A DNA stretch of 64,000 bases from Vulcanimicrobiota bacterium (lineage in GTDB: Bacteria; Vulcanimicrobiota; Vulcanimicrobiia; Vulcanimicrobiales; Vulcanimicrobiaceae). Made by a program: the position numbers and the translations under genes. Shown here one piece after another: positions 45,755-54,578 of the stretch (its first letter is position 1; the number at the start of each line of letters is the position of its first letter). The notes under the pieces are model-generated. The model searched no databases. It had not been told where the DNA came from and worked only from the letters and a program-made list of their open reading frames with translations. The stretch lies in the NCBI GenBank assembly GCA_963733295.1, contig CAVTCS010000003.1, forward strand, positions 160,001-224,000. Direction: 5' to 3'.

Positions 45755-47115
45755 GAGCGTGCCGGCGCTTCCCGCTGCGCTGCCGGCGAACGCAGCAACA
45801 GTGCGGCGACGACTGCGAGCGGTGCGAGGGTGACGATGACGGCGAGCATGTTCGAATGGCTCCTGAGCGGGCCGAGTGCATCGGGAAGGTAACGCAGGCT
45901 TCCGGCGATCGTTCCGATCCACAGCCACGTGCCGGCAGGCCCGCGGGCGGCCGCGGCGACGGGAAGAACCCACATCATATACCACGGATACGGATTGGGA
46001 AGCGCGAGCGGCAGCGCAAGTGCGAGCCAGAGGGCGCCCGAACTCTCGGCGCGAGCGAGGGCGCGAAGTCCGGCCAGCGCCGCGATGCCGGCAAGTGCGA
46101 GTGCGGGGAGCGCGCCCACGACGCTGTGGAGCGACACCTGCGGCGCATAGCGTCCGTGTGCCCCGAGGGCGACGAGCGCCGGCCACATCGGTCCGATGTC
46201 GAGCAGCCCGGCGACCGCAAGCCCGAGCGCGAACCCGCCGCAAAGCTCCAGGCCACGCCGCGCGCCCAGTCGCGGCACGAAGTACAAGGCGACGAACGCG
46301 CCCGCTGCCGCGCCGGAAGCTTTCAGCAGCGGGGTCAACCCGAAAACGAGTCCGCCGGCGAGGAACGCGGCGCGTGCCACGGCGAGCGCCGCGAACAAGC
46401 CGGCGAGCACGATCAACGGGTCGTTGTGTCCTTCGGCGGCGCACCAAATGCCGAGCGGGTTGAGCGCGAACAGCGCCAACGCGGCGCTCCGCCGCTCGGC
46501 AAACCAGAAGCGCGCGAGCAGCGAGAAAACGTATGCGCAGGCGAGCCACGCGAACGATTCGAGCGCGCGGAACGCAAACAAGGTTCGTGCCGGATCGCGT
46601 GCGCCGAAAACGCGTACGAACTCGCGCGCCAGTCCGGCGAATCCGGTTCCGTAGATGCACGGCGGAAACGCGCCGCCCCACTGAGCGCGCGCGAGATCGA
46701 CGAACGGCGCGTGCAGGTTCGCCGGCGGCGGCAGGTACGGATCGATTCCGCGCAGCGTCATCTCGCCGTACGCCGCGTAGGCGTAGACGTCGCTCGAGTA
46801 AATGACGGGCCAACTCAGTGCAGCCGCGGCCGATGCGACCGCGGCGAGCCAAATCGTGCGTTCGGTCCCGCGCGCCGGCACAGATCCACGAATCGTCGAC
46901 GCATAGCGCAAGGCCGCGAGCGCGGCCAAAACGAGGGCGAGCGCGAAGATCGCGAAGGCTTTCACGCCGAACTCGCTCCAAGCGCTGACCACGGGCAACG
47001 GCTGCGCGAGATCGCCGGCGAGCCGAGCCGGCGCACGAACGAGCAAAACTCGGGTGGCGAGGCTACCGGCGAGCAGTGCGGCGGGAACCGCCGCGGCGAG
47101 GAGTGCGCGTTTCAC
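45751..47115 (-). CDS. GT-C fold membrane glycosyltransferase (MptB/GT87-like)
   Basis: SSDVYAYAAYG, DPY, CIYG, NPL...EGHND, YPWY; many TM segments. Confidence 0.75.
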   Translation of the reverse strand: MKRALLAAAVPAALLAGSLATRVLLVRAPARLAGDLAQPLPVVSAWSEFGVKAFAIFALALVLAALAALRYASTIRGSVPARGTERTIWLAAVASAAAALSWPVIYSSDVYAYAAYGEMTLRGIDPYLPPPANLHAPFVDLARAQWGGAFPPCIYGTGFAGLAREFVRVFGARDPARTLFAFRALESFAWLACAYVFSLLARFWFAERRSAALALFALNPLGIWCAAEGHNDPLIVLAGLFAALAVARAAFLAGGLVFGLTPLLKASGAAAGAFVALYFVPRLGARRGLELCGGFALGLAVAGLLDIGPMWPALVALGAHGRYAPQVSLHSVVGALPALALAGIAALAGLRALARAESSGALWLALALPLALPNPYPWYMMWVLPVAAAARGPAGTWLWIGTIAGSLRYLPDALGPLRSHSNMLAVIVTLAPLAVVAALLLRSPAAQREAPARS

Positions 47116-47159
47116 GTCGCCGGGGGCTTCGCGAGCCGGCCTCCGAAAACGTGCGTCCG

Positions 47160-48485
47160 ATGGATGCGGCCGCGATAACCCGAGCGATCGAACGCAAGCG
47201 CGACGGGTTGAGTTTGGCGGAAATCTGGCCGGAGCTCATCCGCGAATACGTTGCCGGAACGCTCGACGAGGGGCACATGGGCGCACTGCTCATGGCTTGC
47301 ATGTTGCGTGGACTCGAGCCCGAGGAGACGCAGGCCATGACCGAGGCGTACGTCGCGAGCGGTGAAACGCTCTCGCACTCGGATCCGCGTACCGTGGACA
47401 AGCACTCGACCGGCGGTGTCGGCGATACCGCCTCGCTCATCGTCGTGCCGTGGGTTGCGGCCTGCGGAATTCCGGTCGCGAAACTTTCCGGACGCGCGCT
47501 CGGGCACACCGGCGGGACGCTCGACAAGCTCGAATCGGTCCCAGGCGTCCGCACCGAACTCTCACCGGGAGAATTTGCCGCGTGCGTCGCCGCTGCCGGG
47601 TGCGCGATCGCCGCGCAAAGTGCGCGGCTCGTTCCCGCCGACCGGCAAACCTATGCGCTGCGCGACCGCACCGCAACCGTCGCCCAGCCGGGCCTGATTG
47701 CGGCCTCGATCGTATCCAAGAAGATTGCCGGCGGAGCCTTCGGCATCGCCTACGACGTAAAGACCGGCTCCGGTGCGCTCATGCGCGAGCACGAGTCGGC
47801 TCGCAAACTTGCCGCATCGCTCGTCGCGTTGAGCGCGGGTTTTGGACGGCGCGCGATCGCTCTGGTAACCGACATGCACGAGCCGCTCGGCCCCGCGATC
47901 GGGACCGGGCTCGAGATGGCCGAAGCGCGCGATTTTCTGCGCGGGACGCGGCGCGACGCCCGGCTCGAGAGGGTGAGTCGCACGCTCGCGCTGCGCATGC
48001 TGCGGCTCGCCGGATTCGAAGGGAATGCCGAACGCCGGCTGCACGATGCCCTCGAGGGTGGCGCGGCCTACGAACGCTTCGAGCGCATGCTCGCAGCGCT
48101 CGGCGCGCGAAGCGGTGCGCTCGCCGAACTGGCTCCGCATTCGGAGCGCGGCGTCGTGCGCGCCGAGCGCTCGGGTTACCTCGCGGCGGTGCATCCTCCC
48201 GCGCTCGGCTTACTCGCGCGCGAATTGGTCGCGCAACGCGGCGCGCGCGCCGGCATCGTGGTCGAGACTCGCACGGGCAGCGAAGTCCGTGCGGGCCAAA
48301 CGCTCGCGATCGTGTACGGCGACGCAGACGCCGTACGCGGCGCGTCCGGCGCCTTCGAAGTTGCGAGCGAACCGCCGCCGTCGCGGGAGCTCGTTTACGA
48401 GGAAATCGAGGCGGGGTTCGGGGAGCGCTCGACGGCCGCGGCCGGCCCCGGTGGTGCCGGACGCTCGACGCTCGAAACGAAGTAG
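47160..48485 (+). CDS. pdp: Pyrimidine-nucleoside/thymidine phosphorylase
   Basis: KRDG, DKHSTGGVGD, KLSGRALGHTGGTLDKLE, LRDRTAT, SIVSKK. Confidence 0.92.
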   Translation: MDAAAITRAIERKRDGLSLAEIWPELIREYVAGTLDEGHMGALLMACMLRGLEPEETQAMTEAYVASGETLSHSDPRTVDKHSTGGVGDTASLIVVPWVAACGIPVAKLSGRALGHTGGTLDKLESVPGVRTELSPGEFAACVAAAGCAIAAQSARLVPADRQTYALRDRTATVAQPGLIAASIVSKKIAGGAFGIAYDVKTGSGALMREHESARKLAASLVALSAGFGRRAIALVTDMHEPLGPAIGTGLEMAEARDFLRGTRRDARLERVSRTLALRMLRLAGFEGNAERRLHDALEGGAAYERFERMLAALGARSGALAELAPHSERGVVRAERSGYLAAVHPPALGLLARELVAQRGARAGIVVETRTGSEVRAGQTLAIVYGDADAVRGASGAFEVASEPPPSRELVYEEIEAGFGERSTAAAGPGGAGRSTLETK

Positions 48486-49387
48486 AGCGGCCGCGCTTTC
48501 ACTTGATCGTAGACCCGTCCGACGTACTCGCCGAGGATGCCGATTCCGATCAACTGAACGCCGCCCAGAAACAGGATCGCGACCATCGTCGAAGTGTAGC
48601 CCGGTTCGTTGAGCTGCAAGATCTTCAGGATCAGCACGACGACGGCGTACACGAAGGCAAAGCCGCTCACGATGAAACCGAGATAGGTTGCGAAACGGAG
48701 CGGCGCTTCCGAGAACGAGGTGATGCCGTCGATTGCAAAGCGCAGCATCTTCGAGAACGGATACTTCGTTTTGCCTGAAAAGCGCGGATCGCGATCGTAG
48801 GCGATTCCGACCTGCTCGAATCCGACCCAGCTGACCAGGCCCCGCAAGAAACGATGTTTTTCGCGCGTCTGCCCGAGCGCTTCGACGACGCGCCGGCTCA
48901 TCAGGCGAAAGTCGCCCGTATCGACCGGGATCGAGACGTTCGTCAAGCGCCGGATGATGCGATAGAAGAGGCGCGCGGTGAAGAGCTTGAACGGATTCTC
49001 GCCGCGGCGCGCGCGTCGCGTTGCGTAGACGACGTCGTAGCCTTCCCGCCATTTTTCGAGAAACTGCTCGATCAATTCGGGAGGATCTTGCAGGTCGCCG
49101 TCCATCAAGATCACGGCGTCGCCGCGGCTCGCGTCGAGTCCGGCGGTTGCGGCGATCTGATGTCCGAAATTACGCGAGAGGTTGACGATCGTCAATTTCG
49201 GCTGCTCCGCCCGCGCGGCGCGCAGCGCTTGCAGCGTTCCGTCCTGCGAACCGTCGTTGACGGCGATGATCTCGTAGTCGTCGCTGCTTGGAATCACGCG
49301 CTTCAAGATGGCGCCGATTCGCCGCAGCAGCTCGGGAACGTTGCCTTCCTCGTTGTACATCGGGACGACGATGCTGATGAGGCTCAC
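48395..49387 (-). CDS. GT2 polyprenol-phosphate glycosyltransferase (GtrB/YkcC-like)
   Basis: SIVVPMYNEE, NDGSQD, SRNFGHQ, DGDLQDPP, GDFRLM, two C-terminal TMs, GEYVGR. Confidence 0.9.
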   Translation of the reverse strand: MSLISIVVPMYNEEGNVPELLRRIGAILKRVIPSSDDYEIIAVNDGSQDGTLQALRAARAEQPKLTIVNLSRNFGHQIAATAGLDASRGDAVILMDGDLQDPPELIEQFLEKWREGYDVVYATRRARRGENPFKLFTARLFYRIIRRLTNVSIPVDTGDFRLMSRRVVEALGQTREKHRFLRGLVSWVGFEQVGIAYDRDPRFSGKTKYPFSKMLRFAIDGITSFSEAPLRFATYLGFIVSGFAFVYAVVVLILKILQLNEPGYTSTMVAILFLGGVQLIGIGILGEYVGRVYDQVKARPLYFVSSVERPAPPGPAAAVERSPNPASISS

Positions 49388-50322
49388 GCCAGCTCCGAAC
49401 GCACTGCTTGCCAGAAAAGTGGGAAAAGCAACTCGTGATGGCCGGTGAACGAGAAACCTTTGCCCTGCGTGCCCAAGTGCGGACGGCGCACGACGTTGGT
49501 CGCGGGACGGTATTGCCGCACGAAATCGAAGTCCGCGGTCGTGAAGTCGCCGCGGTGACCGAGGTTCCGCGCGACGCTGACCGCTTTGAGAAAAGCTTCG
49601 GGCAAGAGCACCGCGGAGCCGAAGTTCAGATAGACGCCGCCGTCGAGCAAATCGGCGACGACGGCGCAGAGGGTGCGGAAATCGATCAGCGCCGCTTCTC
49701 CCAAAGCCGCGCCGTCGGCTTGCGGGTGAGCGTGGATGATGTCGGTTCCGATCGCCACGACGACGCAGAGCGGGACTTGTTGGCGCGCGCAGGTGGCGAG
49801 CACCGAATCTGCCAGATAAGGCGCTTCGGCGCGGACGAGCGCGTCGCCGACCGCTCGGCCGATGCCCTCGGCGCGGCCCGCCGAGATCGCCCCGAGGATG
49901 AATTCGGCCGTCTCGGCCGACATTCCGAAGGATCCGTCTTGCAGCGCGACGTCGACGTCCTCCGAAGTTTTGCCGACCAGCGCCAATTCGGTGTCGTGAA
50001 TCGTGACCGAACCGTTCGAAGCGACCGCGCTCACATACCCGTCCCGGACGAGATCGCAGAGCATGCCGCCGAGACCTACCTTGATGACGTGACCACCCAT
50101 CCCTACGAGTATCGGCCGATGGCGGGTTATCGCGCTCGCGGTGCGCCGGACCAGCTCGCGCAACTCGGCCCCTGCCAGGATGTTCGGAAGCGCGTCGAAC
50201 CAGGCGCGGAATGACGCATCCGCTCCAACCGTCCGCCCCACGTCGGCGCTCCGCACCTTCGACGGCCGGTTTTCGAGCGACGTCACGTGCAGCCGCCCGA
50301 GATCGATCGGCTTATAACCCAC
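49384..50322 (-). CDS. Deoxyhypusine-synthase-like hypothetical protein
   Basis: GMGGHVIKVG, IHDTE, IGTDIIH, GSAVLLPEAFLKA, GHHELL; recalled as a conserved DHS-fold uncharacterised family. Confidence 0.6.
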   Translation of the reverse strand: MGYKPIDLGRLHVTSLENRPSKVRSADVGRTVGADASFRAWFDALPNILAGAELRELVRRTASAITRHRPILVGMGGHVIKVGLGGMLCDLVRDGYVSAVASNGSVTIHDTELALVGKTSEDVDVALQDGSFGMSAETAEFILGAISAGRAEGIGRAVGDALVRAEAPYLADSVLATCARQQVPLCVVVAIGTDIIHAHPQADGAALGEAALIDFRTLCAVVADLLDGGVYLNFGSAVLLPEAFLKAVSVARNLGHRGDFTTADFDFVRQYRPATNVVRRPHLGTQGKGFSFTGHHELLFPLFWQAVRSELA

Positions 50323-50345
50323 TCTGGGGCCGTTCCACCAGCCGG

Positions 50346-50702
50346 ATTCGAGCCCTTGCGCTGGCGCTGTGTGCGCTCGCGCTCACGCCGGTATCGGCGA
50401 GGGCGCCCGAGACGGTCAAAGCACCGGAAATCGTCACGATCGCGAACTCGCCCGCGATCGCGCACTCGGGTGACGTCGTCAACTGGACGGTCCTCACGAC
50501 GCCCGACGTCGCCAGCGTTTCGGCTCGCGTTTACATCTACACGGTTGCGCTGCACCGTTTGGAAAGCGGGCACTTCGCAATCACCTTCACGATACCGCGC
50601 AGCGTGCCGCCGATCTTTCACGGACGGTATCGCGTCGGCGTAACCGCGACGACCGCGGCCGGTCGCTCGGCCTACGGGTCGTTCGTAATGGAGTTCCGGT
50701 GA
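50346..50702 (+). CDS. Secreted small beta-domain protein (paralog 3); start codon uncertain
   Basis: Signal-like ALALALCALALTP; PEIVTI...GD...VLTTPDV...ATTAAGR. The stop overlaps the larB-like GTG. No canonical start near the signal peptide (ATT at 50346). Confidence 0.55.
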   Translation: MRALALALCALALTPVSARAPETVKAPEIVTIANSPAIAHSGDVVNWTVLTTPDVASVSARVYIYTVALHRLESGHFAITFTIPRSVPPIFHGRYRVGVTATTAAGRSAYGSFVMEFR

Positions 50703-51346
50703 GCGACGACGCGACGGTCGATCACCAGCGCCGCGAACGCACCGGAATTCCGGAAGTGATCTTCGCCGAGCGCAAGACCCGCGAGCAGACGGAACGCATC
50801 GCGCGCGAGCTCTACGAACAAGCCGGCTTTGCGCTTGCGACGCGCGTAGCGCCCGAAGACGGCATCGCGCTCGCGGCGACGCTGCCGGAAGCGATCTACG
50901 ACGAGCGCGCGCGCGTGTTACGGCTCGGCTCGCTGCCACGCACCGGCGTGCGCATCGCCGTCGTGTGCGCGGGGACCTCCGACGTCTCGGTAGCCGACGA
51001 GGCCGCCGCGACGCTCGATGCATTTGGACACGACGTCGTTCGGCGTTTCGACGTCGGGGTCGCCGGCGTCCACCGCATTCTTTCGCACATCGAGGAGTTG
51101 AACGGGTGCCGCGCGATCATCGTCGTGGCCGGAATGGAAGGCGCTTTGCCGAGCGTCGTCGCGGGTCTCGTGCGCGCGCCGATCGTCGCGGTTCCGACCA
51201 GCGTCGGTTACGGTGCATCCTTCGGCGGTCTCGCCGCGCTGCTCGCGATGCTCAACGCGTGCGCGCCAGGGATCGGCGTCGTCAACATCGACAACGGCTT
51301 CGGCGCAGCCGCGCTCGCGCACAAGATCGCGCTGGCCTCCGGATAG
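50699..51346 (+). CDS. larB: LarB-like / AIR carboxylase (PurE-fold) protein
   Basis: DHQRRERTGIPEVIF, AGTSD, DVGVAG, AGMEGALPS, VPTSVGYG, VVNIDNGFGA. Confidence 0.85.
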   Translation: MSDDATVDHQRRERTGIPEVIFAERKTREQTERIARELYEQAGFALATRVAPEDGIALAATLPEAIYDERARVLRLGSLPRTGVRIAVVCAGTSDVSVADEAAATLDAFGHDVVRRFDVGVAGVHRILSHIEELNGCRAIIVVAGMEGALPSVVAGLVRAPIVAVPTSVGYGASFGGLAALLAMLNACAPGIGVVNIDNGFGAAALAHKIALASG

Positions 51347-51356
51347 AGCGCTTTAG

Positions 51357-52064
51357 CTACTGACTGTCGGCCCAGCTTTCGACGATGTCGTCGGTTTTCT
51401 CGCCGTCGGCCACGCTGATGGCGCGCGGCGTCACGACGGCGCCGGTGCGCGAGCGTTCGAGCGTGCTGAAGCTGCCACGCGTAAAATCGTAGCGCAGGCT
51501 CGAGCCGTTCGGCAGGCGCAGCTGCGCGGTCCAATGGCTTGCGTCGACGCGCACCATGCGAACCTCCGAGGGCGTGAAAGCGCTTCGATCGGTCGACAGG
51601 TAGACGTCATCGCTGGTCGGCGTGCTTCCCGGAACGCGCACGTTGATCGTGATCGTGGCGGATGGGCGCGGCGTGCTCGCGGCAGCGACGGCGGCTGGAC
51701 TGGCCGTGGCTCGCGCCGACCTGGGATCGGTCACGACGTACTCGCGGGGAAGCTTGTCGATCTCAACGTCGCCCGGCTCGGCACGATGCCCGGTTTCGAT
51801 CGCTTTCACGCGGTGCGAAGCCGGATCGAGCGTGGCCCGGATCTCGATGCCCAAGCGCAAGCCGGCGGGCGGCGAGAGTCCGGGATCGAGTGCCAGAGCG
51901 TCGCCGCTCGTGAAGATGAGGTAACCGTTCTCAAGTGTCAGGAACTGTCCGTGCACGACGATGGCGCTCGCCGGCGGACTCGCTCGCGGAGTTTGCGCGC
52001 ACGCCGGCGCCGCCCAGAAGAGCGCAGCGCCGAGCGCAATCGCCGTCGCGAGACTACATCTCAA
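51357..52064 (-). CDS. Secreted protein with C-terminal CBM20-like domain (copy 2)
   Basis: TTG overlaps the upstream stop; signal peptide; VRVPGSTP..DDVYL...YDFTRGSF...DIVESW. Confidence 0.7.
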   Translation of the reverse strand: MRCSLATAIALGAALFWAAPACAQTPRASPPASAIVVHGQFLTLENGYLIFTSGDALALDPGLSPPAGLRLGIEIRATLDPASHRVKAIETGHRAEPGDVEIDKLPREYVVTDPRSARATASPAAVAAASTPRPSATITINVRVPGSTPTSDDVYLSTDRSAFTPSEVRMVRVDASHWTAQLRLPNGSSLRYDFTRGSFSTLERSRTGAVVTPRAISVADGEKTDDIVESWADSQ

Positions 52065-53674
52065 GGCGATACGCTGAAGGTCCACTGGGGCGAGAGATAC
52101 TGCTTGTTCCAGCCGAAGTAGTAGCTGCGTCCGAGATTGATCTTGAGCATCGGCGACAGGCGTTCGGTAATGCTGAGGTTCGTGCTGAGCGGTGGCCGTC
52201 CGTATCCGTGGAATTGCGGAAAATCGTCGGTGTACCACGCCGTGAACTGGATTTGGTTGTCGCCCCGCCGCTGGTACGTCCACTGTCCGCTGTAGGTGCG
52301 CAGCGTCGTGAGCCCGTCGTACGCGAAGTAACCGGGCCAAAGCGTTCCGTCCGGCGCGTAGTACGGATACTCGGGGTTCGGAAGCGAGAGGTACTGCATT
52401 GGGTCGTCGCGGTAGCGGCTATCGATTTGCTGAAACGAGGCTGTTCCGTTGAACCGGATCGGCGAACCGAGCAGCGAGCGTGAGAAGTTGAGCGACAAGG
52501 TCCCGTTCGTGACCTCGTGCGGATAGTCGTACGCGAGAAAGGTGTAATCGTAGCGTGCGCTGGCGTTGAAGCCGAGCGGGAGCCGCGCAGTCGGCGACTG
52601 AACGTATGCGCTCGGGCCAAACCGGAAGTCTTTGGCGAAAGGAAGCGCACCCGGGTTCCGGTCGAAGCCATAGTCGAGGCTCAGCTTGTACTGGAAAAAG
52701 TGCGGGATCCAGCGGTCGTAGGTGCTGAGGATCAGGTCTGCCGTCTGCGAACTGTCGGACTGGCTCGCCGCGAAGGTCGTGCGAAACTGGCGTTCGGACC
52801 ACTGTAACTGATAGCGCGCGTAGTCGCTCGCATACTGGCCGAAGATGTGGTCGGCGTTGAAATTCTGCTGCAGCCCCGGCAGCAATTGCTGGAACGCGTT
52901 GATATCGATCTGCCGGTCGCGCAAAGGCAGGATCGAAGCGACGAGGTAGGCATTGTTGCCGGCCACCAGACGCTCGTCCATTCCGAGCGTCACGGCGTTC
53001 TGTCCGTCGTAGCGCAGGTGCGCCGCGGTCATCGAATTCGCGGTGCCGAAGAGCGTGTACGACTGGTCGAGCATCGCGCCCGGCATCGCGCTTTGGCTGA
53101 AATTCTGGTTGGAGGCGAGCGTGTAGAGGAACGTCGGAAGCGAGACCGAGGCGCCGCTACTCGCGGGAAACTCGGCTGGGGACATGCGCAGGTTCGCATT
53201 GGGCGCGAGGATCGCGTGCCGGGAACGAATGAACGGACGCGAATCGCTCAGGTCGAGCGCCTCGAACGTTTCGGGCTTCGGCGGCTCGACGACCGCCGTG
53301 CGGAGTTCGTCGGCATGGAGCGTGAGGACCGACGGGATGGGCTCCGCGCGCAACAGCGTCGCCCCACCCGAGGGCAAGTCGAGCGCATAGGCCGCTCCAC
53401 TCAGTTTGTCGCCGCGTCCGCTGACGCGCACGTTCCCGGTTGCGAGCAGCCGGTTCTTGCGCAAATCGTAGCGGGCCGAATCGGCTACGATCGTGCGCGA
53501 TCCCGCGTGGATGGTTACGTGGCCGTCGGCGGCCAACCACGCCGAATCGCTGAATAAGTAGAAACCGACCGCGTCGGCCCGCACGTCCACGCGTCCCGGC
53601 ACTTCAGCGCACGCCGTCCCGAGCGTTGATCCGAACGCAAGTGCAAATGCGACGAGCGGGACGTGTTTGCGCAC
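52061..53674 (-). CDS. LptD/OstA-like outer-membrane protein (copy 2)
   Basis: Signal peptide; beta-jellyroll-like ADSARYDLRKNRLLATGNVRV; Tyr/Phe-rich alternating beta-strand C-terminal region. Confidence 0.55.
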   Translation of the reverse strand: MRKHVPLVAFALAFGSTLGTACAEVPGRVDVRADAVGFYLFSDSAWLAADGHVTIHAGSRTIVADSARYDLRKNRLLATGNVRVSGRGDKLSGAAYALDLPSGGATLLRAEPIPSVLTLHADELRTAVVEPPKPETFEALDLSDSRPFIRSRHAILAPNANLRMSPAEFPASSGASVSLPTFLYTLASNQNFSQSAMPGAMLDQSYTLFGTANSMTAAHLRYDGQNAVTLGMDERLVAGNNAYLVASILPLRDRQIDINAFQQLLPGLQQNFNADHIFGQYASDYARYQLQWSERQFRTTFAASQSDSSQTADLILSTYDRWIPHFFQYKLSLDYGFDRNPGALPFAKDFRFGPSAYVQSPTARLPLGFNASARYDYTFLAYDYPHEVTNGTLSLNFSRSLLGSPIRFNGTASFQQIDSRYRDDPMQYLSLPNPEYPYYAPDGTLWPGYFAYDGLTTLRTYSGQWTYQRRGDNQIQFTAWYTDDFPQFHGYGRPPLSTNLSITERLSPMLKINLGRSYYFGWNKQYLSPQWTFSVSP

Positions 53675-53684
53675 TTGGGGCGAC

Positions 53685-54578
53685 TCACTTGTGCGGCGGC
53701 GTTTCTACCGTGCGGGGCGGGGTGACGAAGGGAATGGGATTATACGGCGTCGCCGTGCCTGACACCCCGGCCGGATTCGGATTGTTCGGATTTTGATCGG
53801 CCCACTCATAAACTGTGTCGGCTAACCTCTTGACATCGACGTTCGGAACCACTGCGGAATGCGTAACCTGCAGCCCGTTCTGGCCGCGCTCCGAGGTCGG
53901 CCAGCTGCCGCGCGTGTACCGGTAGACCAATTTCGTTCCAGACGCGTAGGTCAGCGAGACGCGGTAGTGCAGCGCATCAACGCGGTCCATCTTGATCGCG
54001 GTCGGACTCCAGCCGCTCGTATCGGTCGCGATGTACACCTGATCGGTGAACGGCGTGTTTGACGGAACTTGTACCGTGATCACGACGAGCGCCGGCTTTC
54101 CGTCGTAACCGGGGGCGTTCGGATGGGTCAGGTCGGGATTTTCGAACGGCGCCGATATCGCGACGGCGAAGCGCTTTACTTCGTCGTAAGAAGCTTCTTG
54201 AGGAAGCGGGCGCTTCGAGAGTGCGAGCGTGACGACGGCGCCGCTTCCCGAATCGAAGGAGGCGCGCGCGTAGGTCAGCGTGACGGGACGTAGCGAGGTT
54301 GGTCCGGTGCCTGCCGCATCCACGAGCTTGTAGTCCGGTGCGAGCCGGAACGCGTCGCCGGTCGTGAAGAAGATGAACGACTTGCGGACGTCGAGGATCT
54401 GCCCCGAAAATGCGATCAGCTTCCCGGAAGGCGAGGGAGTCGCGGTCGCTTCGATCGGCGGAAGGGTTGCAATCGACCCGAGCGGGGCCGGCGTCGGGAG
54501 CGCGCCGCCGCGCGCCAAACCGCTCCAAGCCAGAACGAGCGCGAGGACGGCAAGCGCGGCGAAAGCCCAGTTCCTCAC
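53685..54578 (-). CDS. Secreted protein with C-terminal CBM20-like domain (copy 1)
   Basis: GTG overlaps the upstream stop; VQVPSNTP.TDQVYI...GWSP...YRYTRGSW...DTVYEW. Confidence 0.72.
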   Translation of the reverse strand: MRNWAFAALAVLALVLAWSGLARGGALPTPAPLGSIATLPPIEATATPSPSGKLIAFSGQILDVRKSFIFFTTGDAFRLAPDYKLVDAAGTGPTSLRPVTLTYARASFDSGSGAVVTLALSKRPLPQEASYDEVKRFAVAISAPFENPDLTHPNAPGYDGKPALVVITVQVPSNTPFTDQVYIATDTSGWSPTAIKMDRVDALHYRVSLTYASGTKLVYRYTRGSWPTSERGQNGLQVTHSAVVPNVDVKRLADTVYEWADQNPNNPNPAGVSGTATPYNPIPFVTPPRTVETPPHK

